64,000 bases of DNA from Planctomycetota bacterium. GTDB lineage: Bacteria > Planctomycetota > B15-G4. Position 1 is the first letter of the stretch. Each line of letters starts with the position of its first letter. The stretch spans positions 128,001-192,000 of the forward strand of contig JBBQUR010000009.1 of assembly GCA_038212275.1 (NCBI GenBank). The letters are read 5' to 3'. Made by a program: the position numbers and the translations under genes. The notes under the pieces are model-generated. The model searched no databases. It saw nothing but the letters and a program-made list of their open reading frames with translations, and was not told the origin of the DNA. This document shows, in pieces, positions 28,926 to 37,016 of the stretch.

Positions 28926-29990
28926 GTGCCGTCCGATCCGCATCCCGTCACCGATTGCTGCGCACCGGCGTCCGCGCGGCCCGATCCTTCCGCTCCGACC
29001 GACGCGGACTGCCGTCGCGCAGTGCTCGACGTGTATGCCGCCGCGGCCACGGCGCCCGACAGCAGCCTGTGCTGCGTCGCGGGCACGCAATGGACGTTGC
29101 CCGGCCTGCACGTGCCGCCGGTGATGCACGAGATGAACTACGGTTGCGGCTCGACGGTGAACCCGGGCGATCTGTCGGGCACGCGGCCGATTCTCTACGT
29201 CGGCGTCGGCGGCGGGCTCGAGGCGCTGCAATTCGCGTACTTCCGGCGTCAGCCCGGCGGCGTGATCGCCGTGGATCCCGTCCCGGAGATGCGTGAGGCT
29301 GCCGCGCGCAACCTCGCGCTGGCCGCGGAGAGCAACCCCTGGTTCCGCCCGGAGTTCGTGAGCATTCTCGACGGCAGCGCGGAGGCCCTGCCCGTCGCGG
29401 ATGGCAGCGTGGACGTCGTCGCGCAGAACTGCCTTTTCAACGTCTTCGTGGACGGCGACCTGCGCGCCGCGCTCTCCGAGGTGCATCGCGTGCTCGCGCC
29501 CGGCGGCCGTTTCTCCACGAGCGATCCGATCGCGACGACGCCCATCCCCGAGGCGCTGCGCCGCAACACGACGCTGCGTGCGCGCTGCTGCTCCGGCTGC
29601 CGCACCTACGACGAGTATCTCGCGGCGCTGGCCGAGGCAGGCTTCACGCGCCTCGTCGTGCGCGCGCGACGCCCGTATCGCCTGCTCATGCCGCACGAAT
29701 TCCAGGAACTGTCCGCGCCGCTGCTGCTCGAAAGCATCGACCTGCTGGCCGTGCGCACCGGCGCTCCGACGGGCGCCGCGGACGCGGGATCCGCCCGCGC
29801 ACCGCTCGAGGTGTTCACCGGCCGCACCGCGATCAATGCCGGCGTCGCTCCGATCGAGTTGCGCCACGGCGTGCTGCTGCTGCCCGGCCAGCCGCTGCCC
29901 GTGTCCGATACCACGGCCGCGGAGCTCTCGCTGCGCAACGACGTGCTCGTCACGCCGCCCACATACCACGCCGAGCCGGGTTGCTGCTGA
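28926..29990 (+). CDS. arsM: arsenite S-adenosylmethionine methyltransferase (cyanobacterial/arsenosugar-type ArsM)
   Basis: LCCV, MNYGCG, LYVGVGGGLEALQFAYF, VAQNCLFN, ARRPYRLL, FTGRTAI and C-terminal GCC recalled from this ArsM subfamily; GAGGAG RBS. Confidence 0.8.
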   Translation: MPSDPHPVTDCCAPASARPDPSAPTDADCRRAVLDVYAAAATAPDSSLCCVAGTQWTLPGLHVPPVMHEMNYGCGSTVNPGDLSGTRPILYVGVGGGLEALQFAYFRRQPGGVIAVDPVPEMREAAARNLALAAESNPWFRPEFVSILDGSAEALPVADGSVDVVAQNCLFNVFVDGDLRAALSEVHRVLAPGGRFSTSDPIATTPIPEALRRNTTLRARCCSGCRTYDEYLAALAEAGFTRLVVRARRPYRLLMPHEFQELSAPLLLESIDLLAVRTGAPTGAADAGSARAPLEVFTGRTAINAGVAPIELRHGVLLLPGQPLPVSDTTAAELSLRNDVLVTPPTYHAEPGCC

Positions 29991-29991
29991 G

Positions 29992-31107
29992 ATGAGCGAC
30001 GATGCCGCCTTCGCCCGCCTGCTCGTCGTCGGCGGATTTCTCGGCGCAGGCAAGACCACGGCGCTGCTGCGCCTCTCGCAGCTCTTCCACGACGAGGGCC
30101 GGCGCGTCGCGCTCATCACCAACGACCAGGCCGACAACCTCGTGGACACGGCCAGCCTGCGCGTGCGCGGCTTGCGTGTCGAGGAAGTCGCGGGCGCCTG
30201 CTTCTGCTGCAAGTTCGACGATCTCGCGCAGAAGGCCGAGCTGCTCGTCGCGCAGGAGCGCCCGGATGTGCTGCTCGCGGAGCCGGTGGGAAGCTGCACG
30301 GACCTCGCGGCCACGGTCATCGCGCCCTTCCGCCGGATCTACGCGGGCCGCATCGACGTCGCGCCGTATTCCGTGCTGGTGGACCCGGCTCGCGCGCGGC
30401 AGCTCGTGCTCGAGCGCGGCTTCGGCGGCTTCTCGGCCAAGGTCGCCTACATTTTCCTGAAGCAGCTCGAGGAGGCGGACGTCATCTGCGTGAGCAAGGC
30501 CGACCTGCTTGCGGGCGAGGCGCGTGCGACGTTGCTGGACGCGCTGGCGCGGGAGTTCCCGAAGGCCGCGGTGCTTGCGACTTCGAGCGTCACCGGCGAG
30601 GGCTTCGCTCGCTGGCGCGAGCTGCTCGGCAGCGGCGCGGCAGCGGGCACGCACATCGTGGATGTGGACTACGACACCTACGCCGAGGGCGAGGCAGAGC
30701 TGGGCTGGCTCAACATGGCGCTGCGCCTGGACGCCGAGGCGCCCTTCGAGGCCGATGCCCTGGCGACGGCGCTGGTCGCCGCGCTGGCCGGGCGGCTTGC
30801 GGCACGCGGCGCGCAGGTCGCGCACCTGAAGCTGCTCATCGAGGCGGATGGCCGCACGTCTGTCGCCAATGCCGTCGGTGGCGCGAGCGGCACGCGGCTG
30901 TCCGTGGCGTCGGGAGCGAGGACGCGTCGTGCGCAGCTCATCGTGAATGCCCGCGTGGCCATCGACCCGCAGGCGTTGCGCGCGCTGGCCGATGCGGTGC
31001 TCGTCGCCGAGCTCGCGCGCGTCGGCGTGCATTCCGCTCTCGTCGAGAGCGCGCACTTCCGCCCGGGCCGCCCGGTGCCCACGCACCGCGACGCCGCGAA
31101 CGCGTGA
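29992..31107 (+). CDS. COG0523/CobW-family metallochaperone GTPase
   Basis: GGFLGAGKTT, ITND, GACFCC (CxCC), EPVG, KQLEEAD, SKAD. Confidence 0.88.
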   Translation: MSDDAAFARLLVVGGFLGAGKTTALLRLSQLFHDEGRRVALITNDQADNLVDTASLRVRGLRVEEVAGACFCCKFDDLAQKAELLVAQERPDVLLAEPVGSCTDLAATVIAPFRRIYAGRIDVAPYSVLVDPARARQLVLERGFGGFSAKVAYIFLKQLEEADVICVSKADLLAGEARATLLDALAREFPKAAVLATSSVTGEGFARWRELLGSGAAAGTHIVDVDYDTYAEGEAELGWLNMALRLDAEAPFEADALATALVAALAGRLAARGAQVAHLKLLIEADGRTSVANAVGGASGTRLSVASGARTRRAQLIVNARVAIDPQALRALADAVLVAELARVGVHSALVESAHFRPGRPVPTHRDAANA

Positions 31108-31144
31108 CGCCGTGACGCCGTGACGCCGCGACGCCGCGACGCCG
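31105..31144. repeat. 8-bp tandem repeat x5 (YGACGCCG) between convergent stop codons
   Basis: tgacgccg x3 then cgacgccg x2, flanked by inverted cgcgtgacg/cgtcacgcg. Confidence 0.85.
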
Positions 31145-31513
31145 TCACGCGTGATAGAAGCGTTCGTGGACGATCCTGCCGCCGCGCCACCGTGCGCGTG
31201 ACACCTGCTCGAGGTGCACGCTCGTGCCGTCGTTGAGCACGAAGTCCGAGACGGACTCGACGAGGCTCGTGTCGCCCTCGACCGCGAGCGTCATGACCTC
31301 GTAGCGCTTCCACTGCTTCACCGATGCGATGAACTCGGCCTCACGCAGCTTGTTCGCGGGCAGGCCGACGCACGGCGTGCCGGAGTTCAGCTGCCGCTCG
31401 ACCTCGGGCGCGTAGAACTCGTCCATGGCTTCGGCGAGGCGCCCGTCCGCAAGGTAGCTCTGCAGGTCGGTGACGCGTTCGCTCGTATCCACTCGGGCGT
31501 TGCCGGCGGCCAT
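31145..31513 (-). CDS. SnoaL-like / NTF2-fold protein
   Basis: 122 aa; EAMDEFYA..., VEGD, WRGGRIVHERFY. Confidence 0.75.
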   Translation of the reverse strand: MAAGNARVDTSERVTDLQSYLADGRLAEAMDEFYAPEVERQLNSGTPCVGLPANKLREAEFIASVKQWKRYEVMTLAVEGDTSLVESVSDFVLNDGTSVHLEQVSRARWRGGRIVHERFYHA

Positions 31514-31610
31514 GGGTGAGTCCTCGGTGCGGGAGTTCGTCTGGACGGACAGGAGATGGTGCGGGAGGGCGCTGCTGCGGCCCTTGTGCTTGCGCGGTGA
31601 TTCAGCCGGT

Positions 31611-32738
31611 TCAGCCCGCGGGGCGCACTGCAGCCGGCGAGACGGCCGCCTGTGCGGCGGGGTCCTGCGTGCCGAGCTGCGCGGCGTCGGCCTGCGCGGC
31701 GGCCGCCGCCACCTGCGATGCCTGCGCCGTCGCGACCTCGGCCAGCGCCTGCTTGAGGATGGCGAAGGTGATGTACCACCCGATGACGAGCAGGATGACG
31801 CACTGCATGAGCGGCGCATCGGGGAGCACGGCGGTGTCCCACAGCCCGTGCAGCACCACGGCCACGATCCAGCGGCGCACGACGATGGGGTGGCGCAGCA
31901 GGTCCCACGTGAAAGGCTGCGTGCCACGCGCCTGCCAGAGCGCCGCGCCGATCATCGCGGTCCAGATGACATGGCCACCCGGCGAGAGCAGGCCGCGCCA
32001 GAGGATGGAGCCGAAGACTCCGTCGCTCTGCCAGGCGTAGCCCGCGGACTCGTAGCCGGCGAAGCCCGCGCCCACGGCTGCGCCGAAGAGCAGGCCATTG
32101 AGCTGCCAGCGCCAGCGCAGATTCTTCAGCACAAGCAGCAGCGCGAGCGCCTTGGCGGTCTCCTCGATGACGCCGGTGAGCAGCGCGGGCACGAAGTTGT
32201 ACGTGCCCGAGCCCGGGATGACCTGCGCGAGCAGCATCGTGATGAGCAGGCCCGCCGCGCCGCCGAGCAGCGTGAGCCTTCCCACCTGATAGACCGACAC
32301 GTTGCGCGGCGTGTTCATCTCGAAGAAGAACACCACCACCGACAGCGGCACGACGAACGCGCCGATGACCACGAGCCCCGGGAAGAAGTTCGGGTTGTCG
32401 AACTCCGTGATCCCGATGCGCAGCAGCATGTACGTGGCGATGGCGCCCACGAGAATGCGCCACCAGACGCGCGGCCGCGGCCAGCCGGCGGGGATGGCGG
32501 AGAGCGGCGGCGTCGTCGTCGCGGTGCCGACGGCGAAAAGATCCTCGGCCGGGCCTTCCTCCGAGATGCCGCCGCTGAGCACGTGGCCCACGGGCACGTC
32601 GCCGATCTCCGGCACGCCGGCCATCGCGCTGAGCCTGCCGCCCAGTGACGCAAGCATGCCGCGCGGCGCCGGGTCCGGCATCGCGCCCGGCGTCGGACCA
32701 GAAGCGGGAACCGGCGAGGGACTCGAGCCGTCGCTCAC
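31611..32738 (-). CDS. PrsW family intramembrane metalloprotease
   Basis: IEETAK, GFAGYES, H...HGLWD motifs within multiple TM helices. Confidence 0.88.
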   Translation of the reverse strand: MSDGSSPSPVPASGPTPGAMPDPAPRGMLASLGGRLSAMAGVPEIGDVPVGHVLSGGISEEGPAEDLFAVGTATTTPPLSAIPAGWPRPRVWWRILVGAIATYMLLRIGITEFDNPNFFPGLVVIGAFVVPLSVVVFFFEMNTPRNVSVYQVGRLTLLGGAAGLLITMLLAQVIPGSGTYNFVPALLTGVIEETAKALALLLVLKNLRWRWQLNGLLFGAAVGAGFAGYESAGYAWQSDGVFGSILWRGLLSPGGHVIWTAMIGAALWQARGTQPFTWDLLRHPIVVRRWIVAVVLHGLWDTAVLPDAPLMQCVILLVIGWYITFAILKQALAEVATAQASQVAAAAAQADAAQLGTQDPAAQAAVSPAAVRPAG

Positions 32739-32748
32739 GCGGCGCTCC

Positions 32749-33084
32749 CTAGTCGTCCACGTCCATGCCGAGCTTCTTGCGTCCGGTGGGCGAGATCATC
32801 TCGGCGCCCCATGGCGGATCCCAGACCACGTTCACGTTGCAGCCCTTGACCCCGGGCACCGCGAGAATCTTGGTCTCGCACTCCTTGGGGATGGAGGCGG
32901 CCGACGGGCAGCTCGGCGACGTGAGGCTCATGGTGAGGTTCACCTGACCGTCGCTCGCGACATCGAGGCCGTAGACCAGGCCGAACTCCACGATGTTCAC
33001 CGGGACCTCGGGGTCGTACACGGTGGCCAGCGCGGCCATGATCGGCTCGCGCAGCTCCTTGGCGGGGTCCTGGGTTTCGGTCAT
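32749..33084 (-). CDS. DUF59/SufT/PaaD-type metal-sulfur cluster assembly factor
   Basis: VYDPEVPVNIVEFGLVY, TSPSCP, VVWDPPW; GGAG RBS before ATG 33084. Confidence 0.9.
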   Translation of the reverse strand: MTETQDPAKELREPIMAALATVYDPEVPVNIVEFGLVYGLDVASDGQVNLTMSLTSPSCPSAASIPKECETKILAVPGVKGCNVNVVWDPPWGAEMISPTGRKKLGMDVDD

Positions 33085-33282
33085 CGCTGTCTCCATTGCG
33101 TCCGCAGTCCCTGTCGACACGCCGGATGGCGAGGCGGCGCGGGCTGATCGGGGCGACCCCGCACCATCCGCCGGCGGACAGAGCGCACGATAGCGGATGG
33201 CGCGCGCCCGGCAAGCCGGAAGCCGGATCGCCCTCTCGGGCGCACGGTGCCGGCGGGTGACGGAGCAGCCGCCAGCTGGCGA

Positions 33283-33317
33283 CAGGGCCGTCCGGACACA
33301 GCATCCGGACGGCCCTG
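33283..33317 (-). terminator. GC-rich hairpin downstream of paralogue A
   Basis: cagggccgtccgga-7 nt-tccggacggccctg perfect stem; no clear U-tract. Confidence 0.45.
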
Positions 33318-33369
33318 CGCCGGAGCGTGCGCGCAGCGCGCCAGCTCCTGCTTCGTTCAGCTCGGCCCG

Positions 33370-34416
33370 TCAGGGCTTGGCGAGCACGCCATTGTCCGAC
33401 GTGCCGTTGTCGAAGTTGTTGTTCAACTGGTCGAGGGCCGTGCTCAAGTCCGAGAGCGAGACGTCGCCGACGTTGTCGCCGTCCACGTCGATCGGCGCCG
33501 TGAGCGCGCCCGAGATGGCCAGGTTGGAGAGGTCAATCACCTCGCGCACGGACAGGCCGATGAGCTTCGCGTTCACGCCCTGAACGTAGACGAGTTCTCC
33601 GAGCTTGCAGGTGGTCTGGCTCTTCTTGAAGTCGAAGACGCCCGCATCGTCGAAGGCCAGGTTGAGCATGGCCGCAGCGAGCTGCCCGGCGAAGACGCCA
33701 GCCGTGGCGTTCGCCACGTCGGTTGCGTCCGCCGTGAACGCGCCGGGCGAGCTGCCTTCGGGCAGGAAGTTCTGCACCGCAGCGGACGTGGTCAGCAGCA
33801 GCGCATACTGCGTGTCCGCATCCGGGCCGTCCTTGTCGCCGAGGATGAGGCCGCCGGGGAAGACGTTCGCGAAGTTGGCATCGCGCAGGCAACCGGGGTT
33901 GTTGCCGGCGCACTTGGTGCCCCAGCCACCCTGGGTGAAGGTCACGAAGGCGCCCGCCTCGACATCACAGGGATGATTGCAGGCGCCGTCGACGATGCTG
34001 AGCGACGCGAGGTTCGAGATGCCGAAGGTCTTCGGCTGGTCGATCGCGACGGCCACGAACTGCCAGTACGCCACGATGCCGATGAGGGAGGCGTCGCAGG
34101 GCAGCTGGCGATCGCCCAGGCAGAGCACGCCGCTGCGCGGAATCGGCAGCGGGAAGACGGTGAGGAACGGCGGCGTGACGCAGAGGTCGCCGGCGATCGT
34201 GTGAGTCGTGCCGGTGTGGAGCGAGAGGACCACGAAGGCGGTCCAGTTGCCCGCGGGCATCGTGAAGCACTCGCCGAACGCGGTTCCGAGCGGAACCACC
34301 GGCGGGATGACGGTCAACTCGAAACCAGGATCTCCGGTGCAGGTCTGCGCCGTGAGACTCGATGAGAACAAACATGCGGCAAGGGCCATGGGAAGGGCGA
34401 GGCGGGTCAGGAACAT
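33370..34416 (-). CDS. secreted hypothetical protein, tandem paralogue A
   Basis: signal peptide; Cys-containing N-domain; TFTQGGWG, FAGQL, LNNNFDNG; clearly homologous to 34669-35721. Confidence 0.8.
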   Translation of the reverse strand: MFLTRLALPMALAACLFSSSLTAQTCTGDPGFELTVIPPVVPLGTAFGECFTMPAGNWTAFVVLSLHTGTTHTIAGDLCVTPPFLTVFPLPIPRSGVLCLGDRQLPCDASLIGIVAYWQFVAVAIDQPKTFGISNLASLSIVDGACNHPCDVEAGAFVTFTQGGWGTKCAGNNPGCLRDANFANVFPGGLILGDKDGPDADTQYALLLTTSAAVQNFLPEGSSPGAFTADATDVANATAGVFAGQLAAAMLNLAFDDAGVFDFKKSQTTCKLGELVYVQGVNAKLIGLSVREVIDLSNLAISGALTAPIDVDGDNVGDVSLSDLSTALDQLNNNFDNGTSDNGVLAKP

Positions 34417-34466
34417 GGGGGCGGGATCATGTGCTGATGGAGGAATTCTTGAGATATCGGCTTGAG

Positions 34467-34495
34467 ACAATATTTCGATCCAGGCATTTCGTCAA
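34467..34495 (-). promoter_or_regulatory. sigma70-type promoter of paralogue A
   Basis: minus strand TTGACG-17 nt-TATTGT; CTTGAGA direct repeat (34448, 34461) across the predicted start site; supports the ATG at 34416. Confidence 0.65.
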
Positions 34496-34580
34496 CCCGC
34501 ATGCCGTGCTCTGGCTCAATCGCGCCGTGCCAATCCCTGCCCAAGGCGCGCCGGGCAGGTGTCAGTCCGCCGGAATGGCG

Positions 34581-34617
34581 ACCGGGCCGTCCGGACATGG
34601 CGTCCTGACGGCCCGGT
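34581..34617 (-). terminator. GC-rich hairpin downstream of paralogue B, homologous to 33283-33317
   Basis: accgggccgtccggac-atggc-gtcctgacggcccggt. Confidence 0.45.
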
Positions 34618-34668
34618 GCTGGGGCCCGCGCGGGTCGCGCCGGCCCCTGAGTACGGCAGCTCAGGACC

Positions 34669-35721
34669 TCACGGCATGCCGAGCACGCCGTCGTCCTTCG
34701 TGCCGTTGTCGAAGTTGTTGTTCAACGTGTCGAGGGCCGTGCTGAGATCCGAGAGCGAGACGTCGCCGACGTTGTCGCCATCCACGTCGATCGGCGCCTT
34801 CAGCGCGCCTGAGATGGCCAGGTTGGAGAACTCGATCACCTCTCGCACGGAATGTCCCAGCAGCTTGGCGTGCACGCCTTGCGCGAAGACGAGGTCGCCG
34901 AGCTTGCAGAAGCTCTGGCACTTCTTGGAGTCGAAGACGCCGGCGTCGTCGAAGGCCACGTTGAGCATGGCCGAGGCGAGCTGTCCGGCGAAGACGCCGG
35001 CCGCCGTGCTCGTCACGTTGGTCATGTCCTCAGTGAACTTGCCGGGTGATCCGCCCGCGGGGAGAAACTTCTCCACCTTGCTGGACGTGGTCAGCAGCAG
35101 CGCGTAGTTCTTGTCATTGTCCGGGCCGTCCTTGTCACCAAGGATGAGGCCGCCGGGGAAGACGTCCTTGAAGTGGGCGTCGCGCAGACAGCCGGGATTG
35201 TTGCCGGCGCACTTGGTGCCCCAGCCGCCCTGGGTGTACGTCATGAAGGCGCCCGGCTTGACTTCGCAGGGATGATTGCAGGCGCCGTCGACGATCGTGA
35301 GCGAGGCGAGGTTCGAGAGGCCGAAGCTCTTCGGCTGGCCGTTCGACACGGCCACGAACTGCCAGTAGGCGACGATGCCGATGAGCGAGGCGTCGCACGG
35401 CATCTGGCGATCGCCGAGGCAGAGCACGCCGCTCTCCGGCATCGGCAGCGGGAAGATCGTGAGGAACGGCGGCGCAACGCCCAGATTGCCGGCGACGGTG
35501 TGCGTCGTGCCCTTGTGAAGCGACAGCACCACGAAGGCCGTCCAGTGGCCCGGCGGCGTCTGGAAGCACTCGCCGAACGGGGTCCCGATAGGAACCACCG
35601 GCGGAATGACGGTGATCTCGAAGCCCTGGTCGTGCGGGCAGTCCTGCGCGCGGAGTGTCGGGGCAAGCAGGCACGCGGCAATGGCCAGCGCCATGGGGAC
35701 TGCGAACAGTCTTCGTGACAT
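34669..35721 (-). CDS. secreted hypothetical protein, tandem paralogue B
   Basis: signal peptide; long identical blocks with paralogue A (e.g. PIDVDGDNVGDVSLSDLSTALD); alternative start 35766. Confidence 0.8.
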   Translation of the reverse strand: MSRRLFAVPMALAIAACLLAPTLRAQDCPHDQGFEITVIPPVVPIGTPFGECFQTPPGHWTAFVVLSLHKGTTHTVAGNLGVAPPFLTIFPLPMPESGVLCLGDRQMPCDASLIGIVAYWQFVAVSNGQPKSFGLSNLASLTIVDGACNHPCEVKPGAFMTYTQGGWGTKCAGNNPGCLRDAHFKDVFPGGLILGDKDGPDNDKNYALLLTTSSKVEKFLPAGGSPGKFTEDMTNVTSTAAGVFAGQLASAMLNVAFDDAGVFDSKKCQSFCKLGDLVFAQGVHAKLLGHSVREVIEFSNLAISGALKAPIDVDGDNVGDVSLSDLSTALDTLNNNFDNGTKDDGVLGMP

Positions 35722-35859
35722 GTGGAATGAATCCGAGCGAGGGCGAGGGAAGTTGTGCCCTGACATCGGCTCGAAGCAAATTGCGGCTCAAGGCATTCCG
35801 GCGACCGGCCGGCGACCGGCCGCCGCCGGGCAGGCGCCGGGCCGGCGCCGGGCCGGCGA

Positions 35860-36936
35860 TCAGGGGATCGTGATCGGGAACCCGAGCGGCGCGGTATCGA
35901 GCGTGGTGGAGGCGCCGCATCCGATCCACCGCAGCGTCACGGTCACGGCGTAGCTGCCCGCCGGGGTGTCCTCGGGGATTCCGAGGGAAGCCGTGACGAG
36001 CGTGTCGCCCTCTCTCACGGCGAGGATCTCGACAGGCCAGTCGAAGTCGGTCGGCCCGCCGGGTGCGGCGCCGGCGGGCACGGCCAAGACCGAGAAGCTC
36101 TCGAGCGCGGGATCCCAGGCTTCCGCAAGCCTCAACTGGAGAGTCATCTCATCGCCGATGCCGTGCGTGAGTTCGACGGCCTGCGTGGGCGGCAGCGCGA
36201 GAAGCGTAGCGAGCAGTTGCTCGAGCGACTGGCCCATCCACGACGACGGCACCGGATTCACCGAGAGGATGGCGTTCCACAGCTGCGTGTGAAATCGATA
36301 CCCGGTTCCTCCCGGGTTGTCGCTGACGATGGTGAGTCCGGCGATGGGACGCTGGCCCGGGTGCGCCATCACTTCCACGGGAAGCAGGCCATCGACGGCG
36401 GCGAGCAGCGAGCCGTCGGCGGCATAGGCTCGCACGTGCGTGAGGCCGCCCGTCCCGAAGAAGGGCGTGACGCGCACCGAGGACTGCGGGCTGTCGAAGA
36501 GCACGGACACGGCGCCCATGCCCAGGCTTCCGGGCGCGCACCCGTTGCCGGAGAGGCCGAGCATCGTGCCGATGAATTGCATGACGCCGTCCGAGTCGGG
36601 CCCGACCGCAAGTGAGAGCGGTGCGGCGGGAGTGCCCGAGACCACCTCGGTGCCCATGGCCGACAGGCCGACGCTCTGGCCGACGAAACACTCGCCGAAG
36701 GTGCCCACGTCGTCGTTGGGTCCGCGCAGGCAAAGCTGGCTCGCCGGCACGCAGTCGATCCCCTGAAACAACCAGTCGCAGGTCGACACGGTCGCCGCCG
36801 AGGCAGGCGAGTCGCCATCGGGCGCGGCCAGCGGCGCTGTCGCGAGCGACTGGAGCACGCCTTGTGCGGTGACTTCGGTTTGTGTCATCAGTGCAGGGAC
36901 AAGCGCCCAGATGCCGTGGCGCAGGCGTCGCGCCAT
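35860..36936 (-). CDS. secreted hypothetical beta-rich protein
   Basis: fills the gap between neighbours; plausible signal peptide; Ig-like C-terminus (IPEDTPAGSYAVTVTL); start uncertain. Confidence 0.55.
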   Translation of the reverse strand: MARRLRHGIWALVPALMTQTEVTAQGVLQSLATAPLAAPDGDSPASAATVSTCDWLFQGIDCVPASQLCLRGPNDDVGTFGECFVGQSVGLSAMGTEVVSGTPAAPLSLAVGPDSDGVMQFIGTMLGLSGNGCAPGSLGMGAVSVLFDSPQSSVRVTPFFGTGGLTHVRAYAADGSLLAAVDGLLPVEVMAHPGQRPIAGLTIVSDNPGGTGYRFHTQLWNAILSVNPVPSSWMGQSLEQLLATLLALPPTQAVELTHGIGDEMTLQLRLAEAWDPALESFSVLAVPAGAAPGGPTDFDWPVEILAVREGDTLVTASLGIPEDTPAGSYAVTVTLRWIGCGASTTLDTAPLGFPITIP

Positions 36937-37016
36937 TGCGCAGATCGCGAGACTCGTGACACGATGAGTGTCGTCATCCGGGAACCGCACCACTGTTTGG
37001 CGCCGAGAGTGTAACG

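Noticed and set aside
28926..29990. Complete arsenosugar biosynthesis cluster
   Set aside because: No radical-SAM arsS or associated glycosyltransferases in the window; only the ArsM-like gene is supported.
34515..34535. Minus-strand TGGCACG as a sigma54 promoter
   Set aside because: No GC at the required -12 spacing; a good sigma70 promoter lies just downstream.
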